64,000 bases of DNA from Eledone cirrhosa. Lineage: Eukaryota. Location of the stretch: assembly GCA_964016885.1 (NCBI GenBank), contig OZ024741.1:252278001-252342000 (forward strand). The letters are read 5' to 3'. The translations under genes and the position numbers were made by a program. How positions within the stretch are numbered: position 1 is the stretch's first letter; each line of letters opens with the position of its first letter. Below the pieces are notes generated by a model. The model was not told where the DNA came from. It made no database searches and saw only the letters and a list, made by a program, of their open reading frames with translations. Positions 1 through 15,489 of this stretch are shown here, piece by piece.

Positions 1-1860
1 ATAGTTATAATTATTAAAGAATTTATGATTAAATAGTTTGAGTGCCTAAAGGATCAACCGGCCTTATAACTAAACTTAAAGAAGTCTGAATTTTTAATTA
101 TATATATGTGTTAATAAAAAAAATATACAAAGATTATAATGTCTAAAGGCTTAAGGTGATCCATTTGAAATATATATAATATAATACAATAATATAATAT
201 AGTAAATAAGTTACTGAAAATATTGTTAAAAAATATTTCTCAAGTAAACAAGTTATCAAAAGAGTATCCTTCATTCTAACATTAATTCTATCACAAATGA
301 TTAGAAGATAAAGCATTATTTAAGTTTTATAAACCGTTATGACTTTTTATTCCCAACAGTTGATAAGAGACATCAAAAATTAAGGCCTGATTGTTTAGTG
401 TTTCTTCCTGACTTTTTGCGAGGCTTGGAATGTAGACAAAACTTTATGAAGTTTTCATAATTAGTAATTATTAATAGGGTCTCCTTTGTGCAGAGGTTGC
501 AGTTAGTTGATATAGAAGAGTTTGTATATATTTTACTATTACAAAGCTTCGTCAAAAGATCGAATATTTTAAATTTTTGTCTTTTAATGACCATATAAGT
601 TGTGATAAAGAAGTCGAAGACTTCCTATTAAAATTCGAAAATTAAAATTCGAAAATTCGAAAATGTTAATAATGCTTTATCTTCTAATCATTTGATAGAA
701 TTAATGTTAGAATGAAGGATCCTCTTTTGATAACTTGTTTACTTGATAAATATGCACACCTTAGGTTTTTTTTAGATATTTATAATTTTGATTCGGATCT
801 TTATTTATCTGTTTCTATTTTAAATGTATAATTTGAATATTTAACTTGTAAATTTACCGATTATAATTGAACTGTGGATCATTCATGCGTTTGCATATTT
901 TACTCATTTTGAGTAAGTTTTGGAGACTCAGAAAGTTAGATTTGCATTTATTTATTTTTTATATATATCTAGGTATAAATATAACAAACCATAATAGTCG
1001 ACAAATATTGGTCTCTCTCTCCACTGAACTGGAGGTAAAACTACAATTATAGTATTACTAATAATGATTATAATTATTTATTTATTAAATCTATACCGTT
1101 TCAACAATACCTATATCTCTATATAGTTGTACAAATATGTTTATCTAGTGTAACAACATACCCGTAGTTACATTTCTAAATAATTTAGATACTCAAATGA
1201 CTATATTGTTATAAGTGTTTGATATTCCCTGGAAGTTCGAATGTATATAATGATTTTTACTTAATTTAATATAATTTAATTTATTTTATTTTAATTAAAT
1301 TTAGATTACCTTCGGCTTTTTCAAATATTTAGCTCCTCTTTCTATCACCTTTGCTAAAATATTTTAGACGTATCTTTTGCCTACTATATATTAAAACCCT
1401 ATTACATATATAATATATTTTTAATATTGGGCATTTTTAAGTTTCACAAACAATTCATTATTTTTAATTTTTATATTTATTTTGTATCTAGCCCCTATCA
1501 TTAGGACTTATCTAGTTTTGACTTAAATGTTTATATCAACTAAATGAAAACAATTGATATAAAACATTAATTTTTAACAATATTTTTTAACAATATTTTC
1601 AGTAACTTATTTACTATATTATATTATTGTATTATATTATATATATTTCAAATGGATCACCTTAAGCCTTTAGACATTATAATCCTTGTATATTTTTTTA
1701 TTAACACATATATATAATTAAAAATTCAGACTTCTTTAAGTTTAGTTATAAGGCCGGTTGATCCTTTAGGCACTCAAACTATTTAATCATAAATTCTTTA
1801 ATAATTGTAACTATAATTATTTTATAAATTATATTATATAAACTGTTGTCAATATTATAA
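1..1860 (-). mobile_element. Degraded Penelope-like element (RT and GIY-YIG relics) with inverted duplications
   Basis: ORF 373..594 NCNLCTKETLLII..FCLHSK resembles the PLE endonuclease C-terminal CxLCxxEKxxI..CxH. VQLYRDIGIV near 1105-1135 resembles the PLE RT motif GLYRDDGL. Confidence 0.65.
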
Positions 1861-1947
1861 ATAATTTTGGTAAAGATTACCTTTGTGAGGGTATAAAAGC
1901 ATTATATATTTTCTTCTTCATTGTACTGTGTCGAGTATATATATATA

Positions 1948-2080
1948 TTAGCAGCGGAGGTGGGTGTTCAGAAAGTACAATAACTAGGGTAAGAACGGGA
2001 TGGAAGAAGTTCAGGGAGCTACTGCCACTGCTAGCTTCAAAAGGCTTCTCCCTCAAAGTGAAAGGCAGACTGTATGATGA
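1948..2080 (+). mobile_element. Short RTE LINE fragment
   Basis: Encodes SSGGGCSESTITRVRTGWKKFRELLPLLASKGFSLKVKGRLYD, homologous to about 3310-3435 in the opposite orientation. Confidence 0.85.
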
Positions 2081-2237
2081 AAACAAATTTAAAGGATTTA
2101 CGAAACAAGAGAAAGAAAATATATAATGCGAAGAGACATGGGACGAATTAGGTAGAAGTGGTACCACAACAGTTAGTTCACCATACCGAGAACAATTGTT
2201 TCACCTTAGCGGATCCTCAGCTTGTAATGGACCATTA

Positions 2238-2275
2238 CGAGCTGAGGATCTGCTAAGGTGAAACAATTGTTCTCA
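2238..2275 (+). ncRNA. Minimal hammerhead ribozyme motif within a 150-bp palindrome
   Basis: GAG-CTGAGGA-TC(T/C)GCTAAGGT-GAAA-CAATTG-TT-CTC; mirror copy on the other arm. Confidence 0.6.
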
Positions 2276-2303
2276 GTATGGTGAATTAACTGTTGTGTTA
2301 CCA

Positions 2304-2358
<55 letters not shown>

Positions 2359-2889
2359 TCATTTATATATATATGCATATAAACACACATATATGAATAC
2401 ATGTATACATACATATATATATATATATATCATCATCATCATCATCATCATTTTACGTCTGCTTTTCCCTGCTTGCATATGCATATATATGCATCATCAT
2501 CATCATCATCATCATCAACGTTTAACGTCCGTGTTCCACGCTTGCATGGGTTTGGATAGGGGTTTTCCCACTTGAGGCAAGAGTGATTATCTTGCTCGCA
2601 TAGGACTATCTGGCGGGTTTTCTACAGCTGGATGCCCTTCCTAACACCAACCACATTTACAGTGTGGAACTGGGAGGTTTTTACCGTGTTGCTTACACGG
2701 CCACATTACAGCGTGAAATGTGTGTTTTTTTGTCGTGACACCTACACGATCTCATTTGTTTTGGCCTGGATGTTGTGGCACCAACATAACTTTACATTGA
2801 AAGGGGCGGTGTGGATGGGGTGGTGGTGGTGGGATGGGGGTGTATTTTGTTAGAGATGCCTACTGACTGTAGTAGGTTTTACTTTGTAT

Positions 2890-3490
2890 TTAGGTAAGGC
2901 GGGTCTTCTCTATTACTGAGTACCGCCAAAGGTCTCGGTCCAGTGACATTCTCTTGGTGAGGTGTAAGTGTGTGAGGTCGGAATTTATCAGCTCGTCCCA
3001 GGTTTTTCTGGGTCTGCCTATTCCGTGGCTACCGTCTATCTTTATTGCCCTGCACTTTGTTATACAGCTTTCGTCTTTCATGCGCATCACGTGACCATAC
3101 CAACGTAGCCTTCTCTCGAGTAAACAACATCTGATCCCTCTTATTTCTAATTTTTTCCTTAGTTCGTTTATGCTTTGCCGTTCACGTATATTACTATTAC
3201 ACATCCAGTGGAGCATGCAAGCTTCGTTCCTCTCTAGTCTGCGTATATCCTCTGCACACAATGCCCAGGTCTCACTGCCATGCAACATTGCTGTTCGTAT
3301 GCAGGCATCATACAGCCTGCCTTTCATTTTTAGGGAGAACCCTTTAGCAACTAATAGTGGTATAAGCTCTCTGAACTTTTTCCATCCAGTTCTGTCTCTA
3401 GCTACTGTACTTTCAGAGCAGCCTCCCCCACTGCTGATTTTGTCACCCAGGTAACGGAAGCTGTCCACTATTTCTATAGAACCCTCTGCA
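2890..3490 (-). mobile_element. RTE-clade LINE 3' fragment (RT C-terminus)
   Basis: IEIVDSFRYLGDKISSGGGCSES..KGRLYDACIRTAMLHGSETW..RRLRWYGHVMRM..GRPRKTW. The ORF N-terminus is only (TA)n translation. Confidence 0.9.
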
Positions 3491-3912
3491 TATAAATATA
3501 TATATATATAAATAAATGCATATATGTATATACATGCATATATATGTATACATGTATATATATAAATATATATACACATGTATGTATTTATAAATACACA
3601 TATGTATAGATAAATACATGTATATATAGATAAATACATGTATATATAGAGACAAATATATGTATATATATTTATCTATATATATATATATATATATATT
3701 AGAAACTAAGGTTTTTTTACAAAATGAAAAAAAACTGAGGTGTCCTACACGAGTAAAAGTATAAGGAAAAAAGATGAAATCGAAAATGCAACTGGAGTCT
3801 TTTTTTTTAAATATATATTTATTTGGTTCCTTTACCAGTTTTGCAGTTCTTCTGCTTTTCAAAAGTAGAATTGAGATGGAGGGTTTGTGGTTTTTCTCAC
3901 ATCTCATATATA

Positions 3913-3953
<41 letters not shown>

Positions 3954-4264
3954 ATATATGATATATATATCAATGATATATATCATTTTTTTTTTCATTT
4001 TTACGTCCGCTTTTCCCTGCTTGCAAGGGTGGGACGGGAACTGATTCTGGCTTGATTTCTACAGCTGGATGCCATTCCTAACACCAACCTCATTTACAGT
4101 GAGTGCTGGGTGCTTTTTTCCATGGCACCTCCATGACCACTTTGCAGTGGAATGATAAGAACCCCAGTCCTATCATCTCATTTCTACAGCTGAGTAAACT
4201 GGAGCAATGTGAAATAAAGTGCCTTGCTCAAGGAAACAACACATCATATATATATATATATCCT

Positions 4265-6180
4265 CATCATAATTTTTGCAACCGTTCTTCCTTGTGTGGA
4301 TGGCTTTGATGTCTCCTCTTCAGCATTGCATTTCTCCACTCAACGTGTTCCTTCGTTATCTTCTCTCTTTGTCTTGGTGATTTGAGAGCAGCTCTCACCA
4401 ACTCTGCCTCTTGGTCTACCTCTACTACAGTTTCCTTTCTCTGGGATTTCCTGCCACTTCTTCCCTCAGTGATCATCATCCATGCACATCATATGTCCAT
4501 ACCAATGCAGTCTTCTCTCTCATACACCACTTTGTATTCCTTTTAAACCCAGTTTCTCTCTCAGTTTACCGAAGCATTTTCCTCTGCTTTTTTTCTCACA
4601 TCAACTATTACTAGGAACCCTTCATGTGTTTGGGAAAAAAATACATTACAGTTGCTTTCCCCTTGATTACTCCAGTGCATCTTTTACATACAAAGTCTTC
4701 TTTCCTATTTGTCTATTTGATATTGGGGAATCAGGGTCCTATCTTCTTTCCTACTCACAAGCACTTTAGTCTTGGCTGAGTTTACTCTCAGACCTTTTGA
4801 GTCCAAATTGTTTTGATATTTGGAACTTATTCTCTAATTCTTTTATGGATTCAACTATAATGGACAGCCAGTCTTAAACTCCTCTGTTATGGCTGGAGAA
4901 CGTTCCTGAACAGCAGTGGGCTAAGAACCAAACTCTGATAAACTACTTGTAGCTTGAATTCCCCCCTAAACTCACTTCCTGTTCTCACTTTACTGGCAGC
5001 TCCTCTGTACATGGCTTGCATTGCTTTCAAAAGCCATTCTTCTATACCTAATTTTCTTAAGAACCCCAGATAATAGATCGAGGTACTCAGTCAAAGCTTA
5101 ATATAATGGCTTTTTCATGGCTAGGAACTTCTCTTTTAGTTGCCTCACTAAGAAGAAGGCATCTGTAATACTTTTCCCAAGCATAAAACCAAACTGCATA
5201 TCATTTAATTTGGCTCTTTCTCTAATTAGTTGTGATAGAACTCTATCTTCCACTTTCATAACTTGGTTCATCAGTTTTATTTCTCTTTAGTTGCTCCTTT
5301 CTAGAACATTACCTTTAACCTTATAGCAATTTACAATTGTATTGCTCTGCCAGTCATTGTGTATGACTTTGTCCTTTATTACCTGATTGACTATGTGGGT
5401 TACTAGTTCAACCTCTCCTGATGATTTTAGCATCAGCGATAATCTCATTTTTCATCTTTTTCATTGCTTCTTTTACCCTATTACTGTCTATTTCAATAGC
5501 TGGTCCCTCTGTTGGATAAGCTGGGCTTAGTCTCTCTTCCACACATTCATTCTCTACATTCATTAGCCTTTCTTAGTAACATTTCCAGGTCTCTTTATTT
5601 TGATCATCAGTGGTGTTAAGTGCACCAGTGTCATTTCTAATACACCTTCCTCAACAACATCCTGTTTCACAGCATCCTGTTTCACTTGCAAAGCAGAACA
5701 CTTCATATCTCTGATCCTCACATTGCTAGACACTGGCAAACTTTCTTTTTTCAGCCTCTCTCTGAGCTGTGTATACCTGTTGTAATGATAATGAAAATTA
5801 TTGTGTACAGTGCTCAGGTACACTACAACTCATCAAAGGTGCATGTATAGTACACAGAATAATATACAAATGTCTGGAAAGTGAATAGTGCATGAGTCAT
5901 GATATACACACATACATGTGTGCGTGTGTATGGAGGGGGATTATCAGATGTAGTGTTGGCAAATTTCATGAAGCTTGTATAGCTTCTCTCTTAGTTACCT
6001 GGTACCAGTCTCTGTTACCCCCATTTTCCCAGTTTTTCCATGTCTGTCTCTTGTGATCACCCATGATTAGCAGGTTGGTAGAGCACTGACGAGTTTTTCT
6101 CATTTTGGAGCTCTTGCCAATGTTCTTTCATCCCTTCTCCTGTACACTGAGCCATCTCATCAATATATGTTGTGGTTGCA
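4265..6180 (-). mobile_element. Degraded RTE LINE (RT region and 3' tail)
   Basis: Minus-strand relic DMQFGFMLGKSITDAFFLVRQLKEKFLAMKK near 5110-5205, plus further RT-like pieces. Ends in (GAT)n-type tail sequence. Many stops. Confidence 0.75.
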
Positions 6181-6499
6181 TTTCTACATTGGCCCTCTGC
6201 ACATCTTATACTATAAACTATATTTCTAGTTTTACAGTTAATCTGTGAGTTTGCTTTGTAAACTATACAATTTCTATCAGCACAGGGGGTTTTCTTAAAA
6301 GTATAATTTATGCTGATTAGGGCTTTTATAGGAATTCCTGTCTTTTGTATTATTTAATTTTTAATCTCAATTTGATCTGATGGACTGTATAATAGGTAGT
6401 ATAGATGTGGTATCCCTAAACCCATCTACTGACGTAGATTTTGCTGTGGAAAAATGTGTGGAAATGATCAGCAAGAGCAATGTAAAATTCCATAAATAC

Positions 6500-7000
6500 T
6501 GGGTACCTGGGACTTCTTATTTTCAGTTGGGATAAGGAATACCTAGACTGACATGACCTTAGCAGCCTATACCCAACCAGACCAGATTGAGGCAGACCAC
6601 CAACCATTACCTCAATGGGCAAAAAGACCCCCATTGAAACATGAAACAGGTGGACCAAAGCCATATAGACACCTAAAAGTCATGATCAGGTAAGGAAAAT
6701 GATCACACAATGCAATAGTGGCTAGTATGAGAATAACATTGAAGGGGCATATATTCCAGTTCAATGGCAAAACATATGCCCAGGAAGAGAAGGTAACCAT
6801 GAGTCTCAGCATTGCTGGCCATGTGGCCAGTCCTTTTAGGGTATAGTAGGATAAAAAACTTAAAGAATGCCTAGTAGAGTACTCCATGGGCATAACTAAG
6901 TACTCCTGCTGCATTGATGATATCAGTATAGCAGTAAAGACATTTCCACAAGAAAACATTTAAGAACTAGAAATGAACAACACAGAGAGCATGCAGCAAA
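6500..7000 (+). mobile_element. Penelope-like RT relic
   Basis: FNGKTYAQEEKVTMSLSIAGHVASPF (cf. FNGxxYxQxxGxAMGSP..LA) followed by YSCCIDDISI (cf. YxRYVDDIF). Confidence 0.6.
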
Positions 7001-7516
7001 TAACCAACTCCATCCAGCAAGTGTTAACATAACTATAAACTGCACAACCGAACACCTCAACCACAGACTACTTGTTTTAGACACAGAACTCTAGCTAGAA
7101 ACTAGGAATAACAAAGTACAAATCCTCCATTTGCATTACAATGAACCCATGGCCTCCAACAACATGATTCACCAAACCTCAAAAGTTTTAGATAATTCAA
7201 AAATCAACATCTTGATAGCATAATTAGTAAGAGCGATGATGAATGTGTCCTGAATATGTGATCCTGAGGAATTAAAGAGACACATACGACTCTTCATCTA
7301 CTCATGTAGTTCTCTGCAATACAATATATTCATTATATTCTCTGGAATACATAATAAATGTATTATGTAGGAATCTGTCTGAAGACATCATATCAGGAAT
7401 TACATTGCAGCATCATGATGTAACAATGTCATCACAGAAATGTGTATTATGGCTAATAACATAATAAAAGAAATTATGGAAATTTAGCCTTCATATTTTA
7501 TATTTTGTTATTACTG

Positions 7517-7705
7517 CGGTGGGTTGGCAGTATTGGTAGAGTGTCAGACACGATGCTTTCCAGCAAAGAGTTATGTCCCTTTCTGGTCTGAGTTCAAATC
7601 CCGCCAAGGTTAACTTTGCCTTTCATCCTTACGGGGTCGATGAAATAAAGTATCAGTAATGCACTGGGATAATTGCTGGCCTTGTGCCAAGTGTAGAAAC
7701 AATTA
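7517..7705 (+). mobile_element. SINE family A (further copies: about 17350-17473 +, 19772-19958 +, 25180-25327 +, 29780-29950 -, 43418-43603 +, 57480-57607 +)
   Basis: Shared A/B boxes, central domain and GGCCTTGTGCCAAAAGTAGAAACA(ATT)n tail; ttattactg on both flanks of this copy. Confidence 0.9.
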
Positions 7706-7928
7706 TTACTGTATTATGTATATAAATATATATATGTAGCTTCATGTGTTGTAACTTTATGTTACAGTTTGTTCACCAGCATGAGCACTCACTGTGTAGG
7801 TGGGTCTGTTTAAGTATACTACGTGGTTTTGTACATTTGGTCTTATACCATGGTTGGTTTCTCTCATAAGCAGAGTATACATTGACACCCCCTTCCTACT
7901 TATTATTATTAATATATATATATATATA

Positions 7929-9369
7929 CATATATATAAAACTGAAATTGTCTGTGTGTGTGTCCTAATTTTTGCAAAGTCTATACAAATCCACATTTCT
8001 ACTCCGATTGACTTCAAACTTGTATTTATATATTCCTTGCGGTCTAAAGATATTAACTGCAGCTTTTATTTTTCAATGTTCTGTTGTTAAAGGGGTGTTA
8101 GGCGCCGGTTATCGATCTCTGTCGCGCCCATATAATATCTGTCTGTATGTCTGTATGTCTGCATTACGATATTATGACAAACGTTCTTCATGAACCAAAG
8201 TATTGTCTTCCTGATTTCCTTCGGTTGCAACATTTTTCGAAATATTTACTTCTGCGTTCACAGATTGATTTTTTTAGTTTCAGAAGATCCTGTTAAGGGT
8301 AAAAGCAGCGATTCTTTGCTTAAACTTTAATCTGTTATTTTAATATATAATATAAGTGAGGCAAGCAGCCCAGGTTATTAATTACACTTGAGAATACCTT
8401 TTCGACGGTCGGCTTATTTTTCAATCAGTAAGTGTCAATTACTAATTTTTGGCTAACAATCCTGAGACATTCCCACTTACCCCAATTGCTTTCATATTTG
8501 TTTGCAATACTTCCTGAGACATAATCTCTTACCCCCCATTGCACACATTATTATTGGCGTTAGTACCAAGCCATATGCCCCATTACGTACATAGATAGAA
8601 ATAGTGGATCTTTTTAGAAAGACCCCGCCAAAAAATATCCCCACACCCATGTTAAAAATCACAGCATTAAGCAGCAATTTCTATCTATTTTGGTACATAA
8701 GCGAGGAAAGCCAGCCCAGGTTACCAATTACAGTTGAGATTACCATTCCGACGATTGGCTTATTTTTCAATCGGTAAGTGTCAGTTACTAATTTTATGAT
8801 AACATATCCTGAAACATTTCCACTAACCCCAGTAGATAGAAATAGTGGATCTTTTAAAAAAAAACAAAACGCCAAAATATCCCTACACCTATGATAAAAT
8901 CACGTACGCTGATTACCAACTAGGAATACCAATTACCAACTAGGAATACATTCGTCACGAGCAACTATACGTTGGCTGCTCAAGAGTGGGATGCAAGACA
9001 AATCTCTTTGCATATGCCCGACATGGAAGAACAAGGAACATTGTGTACAAGGAGGTGCTACAATCATTGTTTAGGTAGACGAGGCAGAAGGGTATTTACA
9101 CGATTGACTGAAGAAGGACGAGACTGTGTTAGTAGTACGACCAGCGGCTCCTATCACACCAACAGCAGCAAAAACAAGAGCAAAAAAGAGAGGGAACGCA
9201 ATTACATGCTTTTGAAAAATCTTAATTGAAAATTATTTGCCTAAGCACAAAATGTAGTCACCATCCCCAGGCTGAGGTAATCCATATTTCTCTGTACTGT
9301 TTCAGAAAGGAGCGATAAACATGGCAATCTATGTTTAGAAGCCCGAGCAATGCCGGGCCATTCTGCTAG
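7929..9369 (+). mobile_element. Non-autonomous Helitron
   Basis: 3' end CCCGAGCAATGCCGGG hairpin + 8 nt + CTAG followed by T. 5' end TATATATAAAACTGAAATTGTCTGTGTGTG (5' TC not clearly retained). Internal duplications about 8360-8490/8700-8830 and 8590-8660/8830-8900. Confidence 0.75.
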
Positions 9370-10189
9370 TATATATATATATATATATATATCCATTGTA
9401 TAGTCCATTGTTTTTCACATATACCCTTTCTAAACCCCTTTCTACCACCTTCCAATCTATTGTTTTTCACACATACCCTTTCACATGACTAATATCAATT
9501 TCCTACTGTGCAACCACAACTACTCTTAGAAAGGTAAATGAGGGATCCTTAAGGTGCATGAGTGGCAGCCCATAACTGCCAGCTGTAGACGAGGGAGTAG
9601 AATAGTAGTTGTTCTGAGTGAAGTAATATTGCATGGTGCAGATGTAGGCTTTATAAACCATTGAGAAGGTAGCCCATCTAGGAAGGCAGAAACTACAATT
9701 TGAAAATGACTGCACGGGGAAGGTGAGGACTCTCTAAGCCGTAGTGAAGGCAACCCATCTTAGATGGCAGTGACTCTGATTAAAAATGACTGCACAGGGA
9801 AAATATAGACTCCATAAATTGTAATGAAGGCAACCTGTATAGGAGAGTAGACACTCTGAATAAAATTTGATATAAAGTGGAGAGAACTCTTGAATCAAGT
9901 AAGACAACCTCTCTGGTACCAGTGGCATGAATATTGCACTCAGTCCACCCTGTAAAGTGGAAAGATATCCAGCCAGAAAAACCCTGCCAATATTAAGGAA
10001 AGCACAGCACAAGATCCACATTAATTGCATATACAGGACTAACACTAGTCATGTTAGTGCTGTGCATTGTAGTTGGGTGGCTAGAGTAGCCATGTGCAAG
10101 AACCTCTTGATCATCATCAAGCAATTGCACAGCCTTTTTCCCTTCCAGGTACAAAGAACTGCTACTCAAGGATCAAATCACTGTCAAGT

Positions 10190-10320
10190 TACACACTTCA
10201 TGGTTGCAATATTGGCACCCTGAAAGGAAAATCAGGTGAAATTGTGGAGTTGTTTAAGAGGAGACAAGTGGATGTCCCAGTGAGACTACTTACAGGCAAA
10301 CAACATAGACACAAACTTGG
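10190..10320 (+). mobile_element. RTE-type AP-endonuclease N-terminal fragment
   Basis: CNIGTLKGKSGEIVELFKRRQVDV resembles the APE start motif NVGTL..E...RRKVDV. Confidence 0.55.
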
Positions 10321-11559
10321 AATAACCATTTGTAACATTAATTTCAGGAAACCCACCAGCCATCTGACTACATACCTGCTAGGCAAATACACAAGCGAGA
10401 TAGACAGACAGTAATAAATGCTATGACCTTCCCCAAAGAAGAATAAGCTGAGCTGCCCAACACAAGTTAGTTATTAGTGATATCAGAATAAACACAAGAT
10501 GGAACAAGATACAAAGGAAAAGACTGGCCATTTCAGTTAAGTCCTAGTTTGCATTTGAGATAAATAGCATTTAACTATAGCTCTCTTTGCAGACAGAAGG
10601 ATAATACTAGTTATTTTTTATGAATAACTAATTAACCATGAAATATGTACAGGCAATCTTCTATGTTCTGAGAGAATACCAGAATGTTTTTCACATTTGT
10701 TTAAATATTCAGATCATGGCCTATTTAATTTATATAAAATATTCATTAAATTTATCTCAGATTTTCTAATATATGTTGTTTTGAACATAACAGCTTACTA
10801 TTCAATGTGTATTAAATATTTATACTCAACATAGCATAATTTATCTTATTGATAATTTAACTAAATTATAGTTTATCTTAGTTATAATTACATTAAATTT
10901 ATCTTAAATGTTCTAATGTATGCTGTTTTGTGCTTACTATTCAGTATAGATTAAATATATTTATGCACAACACAGCATGTATTAGAAAATTTAATACAAT
11001 TTAACACTGGTATAACTACAGCTTGAAATTATAAGTTTCAATGAGAAAACACAAATAAATGTAAATATATTTTGACATTTTTGCCATACATAGAAAAAAT
11101 GTAAAAGATTGCTATCACATGTTTCACGGGTTGTCCAGAGGCAAATATGTCTCTCTGTTTTTGTGCTGGTTTTCTTTTGAAATGTGGACATCATGTGTAG
11201 AGGGAGCAACAATAACTGTAGCTACTATCCATCATTTTTATGTCTGCTTTTCCATGCTTGCACAGGTTGGATGGATCCTTTCCAGCACAGCCTCCCACCA
11301 CTAATAGAATTTCTTCATCATCCCTTCTGTAAACTTCAGCATTTTGAAATCAACTCTAACCATTTCTGCCCAGATTTTTCCTCTACTGCAGGTTCCTTCA
11401 ACTGGCACCACCTGGCACTTCTTTGTCCATATGCATCACATGCCCAAACCGGTGCAGTCTTCTTTCTTGCACACTATATATGATTCCTTTTATACCCAGC
11501 TTTTATTCAAACAGTTTTCCCTATATTTCCCTGTCAGTTTGGTTAGGAGGAAAGGATTG

Positions 11560-12180
11560 TGTACAAGGCTTTTGCAAGTCCTCCATGTCTAGTGAGATCA
11601 AGTCAGCTAGTGTCTCTTCTGAATAGTTGCAAGTTTATTCCAAGGGTAGGGCTTTCAAGAGAAACTTTGCATGGAAGAGCAATACTGCTTTGGGATCCAG
11701 TGGGAAAGGGAATAGTAGATCCTCTAAAATTTCAAAGGAGCTTAAGAGGGCTTTTTTAGGTATGTTGTGAAAAGAATTTTCACGAGGAACCTCCTTGTAT
11801 CTCCAAGGTTTCCACTAATGTATTGACTAAACCCCACCTTTTAAAGGCTCTGTCCAGGGGTTGATATTTTGAGGAGTATGAACTGAGCAAACTGGTAAGT
11901 TTAGAAAGCCTGGATAGGAGGAGAAATGAGAGATGGAAGTGGCTTAGTTGAAAGGGAATGAAATCAACCAGCACCAATGATTCTAGATCATAGTTGTACA
12001 GTAAAACAATAGAGAAAACAACACCATTTGGGCCAGAAGCTGGTGTGTGTTCATGATTAATTCATCATAATTAGTCAAATGGTGGCCCTTCTTTGGATGG
12101 GATCTACTTTGACTGTATGCAAAACAGCAGAACTGTCCCAGATGTGGGAGCAGTATACATTTGAAGGGCTCCTCACTTAA
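11560..12180 (-). mobile_element. Decayed CR1/L2-like LINE RT C-terminal fragment
   Basis: Minus-strand relic with YCSHIW near 12150 (cf. RPxLEYCSHIW) and downstream STLWNxL-like sequence; many disruptions. Confidence 0.4.
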
Positions 12181-12244
12181 AATTTGTGAAAAGGATATTA
12201 GTTAGTGTTGGTGGCTTTTATATTTAGTATTGGTGAATATAGTA

Positions 12245-13560
12245 GTTAATATTCATGGCTTTGGTAGCTATATTGATAGCTGTACTAGTTAATATTAATG
12301 GCTTTGGTAGTTGTATTGATTGTACTAGTTAATATTAATGGCTTTGGTAGTTGTATTGATTGTACTAGTTAATATTAATGGCTTTGGTAGTTGTATTGAT
12401 AGCTGTACTAGTTAATATTAATTGCTTTGGTAGCTGTATTGATAGCTGTACTAGTTAATATTAATTGCTTTGGTAGCTGTATTGATAGCTGTACTAGTTA
12501 ATATTAATTGCTTTGGTAGCTGTATTGATAGCTGTACTAGTTAATATTAATGGCTTTGGTAGTTGTATTGATAGCTGTACTAGTTAATATTCATGGCTTT
12601 GGTAGCTGTATTGATAGCTGTTCTAGTTAATATTAATTGCTTTGGTAGCTGTATTGATAGCTGTACTAGTTAATATTTATGGCTTTGGTAGTTGTATTGA
12701 TTGTACTAGTTAATATTAATGGCTTTGGTAGTTTTATTGATAGCTGTACTAGTTAATATTAATTGCTTTCATAGCTGTATTGATAGCTGTACTAGTTAAT
12801 ATTCATGGCTTTGGTAGCTGTATTGATAGCTGTACTAGTTAATATTAATGGCTTTGGTAGTTGTATTGATTGTACTAGTTAATATTAATGGCTTTGGTAG
12901 TTCTATTGATAGCTGTACTAGTTAATATTCATGGCTTTGGTAGTTGTATTAATTGTACTAGTTAATATTAATGGCTTTGGTAGTTCTATTGATAGCTGTA
13001 CTAGTTAATATTCATGGCTTTGGTAGCTGTATTGATAGCTGTACTAGTTAATATTAATTGCTTTGGTAGTTGTATTGATAGCTGTACTAGTTAATATTTA
13101 TGGCTTTGGTAGTTAGTATTGATGGCTGTACTAGTTAATATTGGTGGGTGTAGTAGTTAATATCAGTGGCTGAACTAGTTAGTATGGGTAACTAAAGTAG
13201 TTACTATTGGAGGTTATGATAGTTTGTATTGGTGGTTATATTAGTTAGTATTGGTGGCTATAGTAGTTAGTATTGGTGGCTATAGTACTTACTATTATTG
13301 CTTATGATATTAGTAGTGGTGACTAAAGTAGTTAGTATTGGTGGCTATAGTAGTTAATAATGGTGGTTATATTAGTTAGTATTGGTGGCTATAGTAGTTA
13401 ATAATGGTGGTTATATTAGTTAGTATTGGTGGCTGTAATAGTTCGCATAATGAGCTATGGTAGTTAGTAATGGTATCGTTAGTGGTTAATAAAGTCTACA
13501 GTAGTTAACATAGGTGGTTATAGTAGTTAGTATTCATTGAGATAATAGTTATTAGTAGCT
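12245..13560. repeat. Minisatellite: 43/40-bp unit grading into a degenerate ~21-bp unit
   Basis: TAGTTAATATTAATTGCTTTGGTAGCTGTATTGATAGCTGTAC repeated about 20 times to about 13140, then TAGTTAGTATTGGTGGCTATAG-like units. Confidence 0.95.
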
Positions 13561-13709
13561 GTAATGATTCTTACTGGTTTCTTTTGTTATTAGTTGTGAG
13601 AATTACCTTCAAATGCTGACTATTTACGTATAAAATATTGTATTCTATACATTTTTTCCATTAATCACATTTGAAATGTATATTCTGCTTATATAACAGA
13701 ATTTCGAGA

Positions 13710-15373
<1,664 letters not shown>

Positions 15374-15489
15374 GGGGAGGGGGGACAGGATGCCAACAAT
15401 GTATATCGACCTACTGATTGGCAAATATTGCTGTATTCACTAGTTCACAGAAACAATTCTAAAAAAAAAAATCAATACAGAAATATATC

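Noticed and set aside
12245-13140. CRISPR-like regular repeats (also 49495-49850)
   Set aside because: Head-to-tail units without unique spacers, no cas genes, eukaryotic context.
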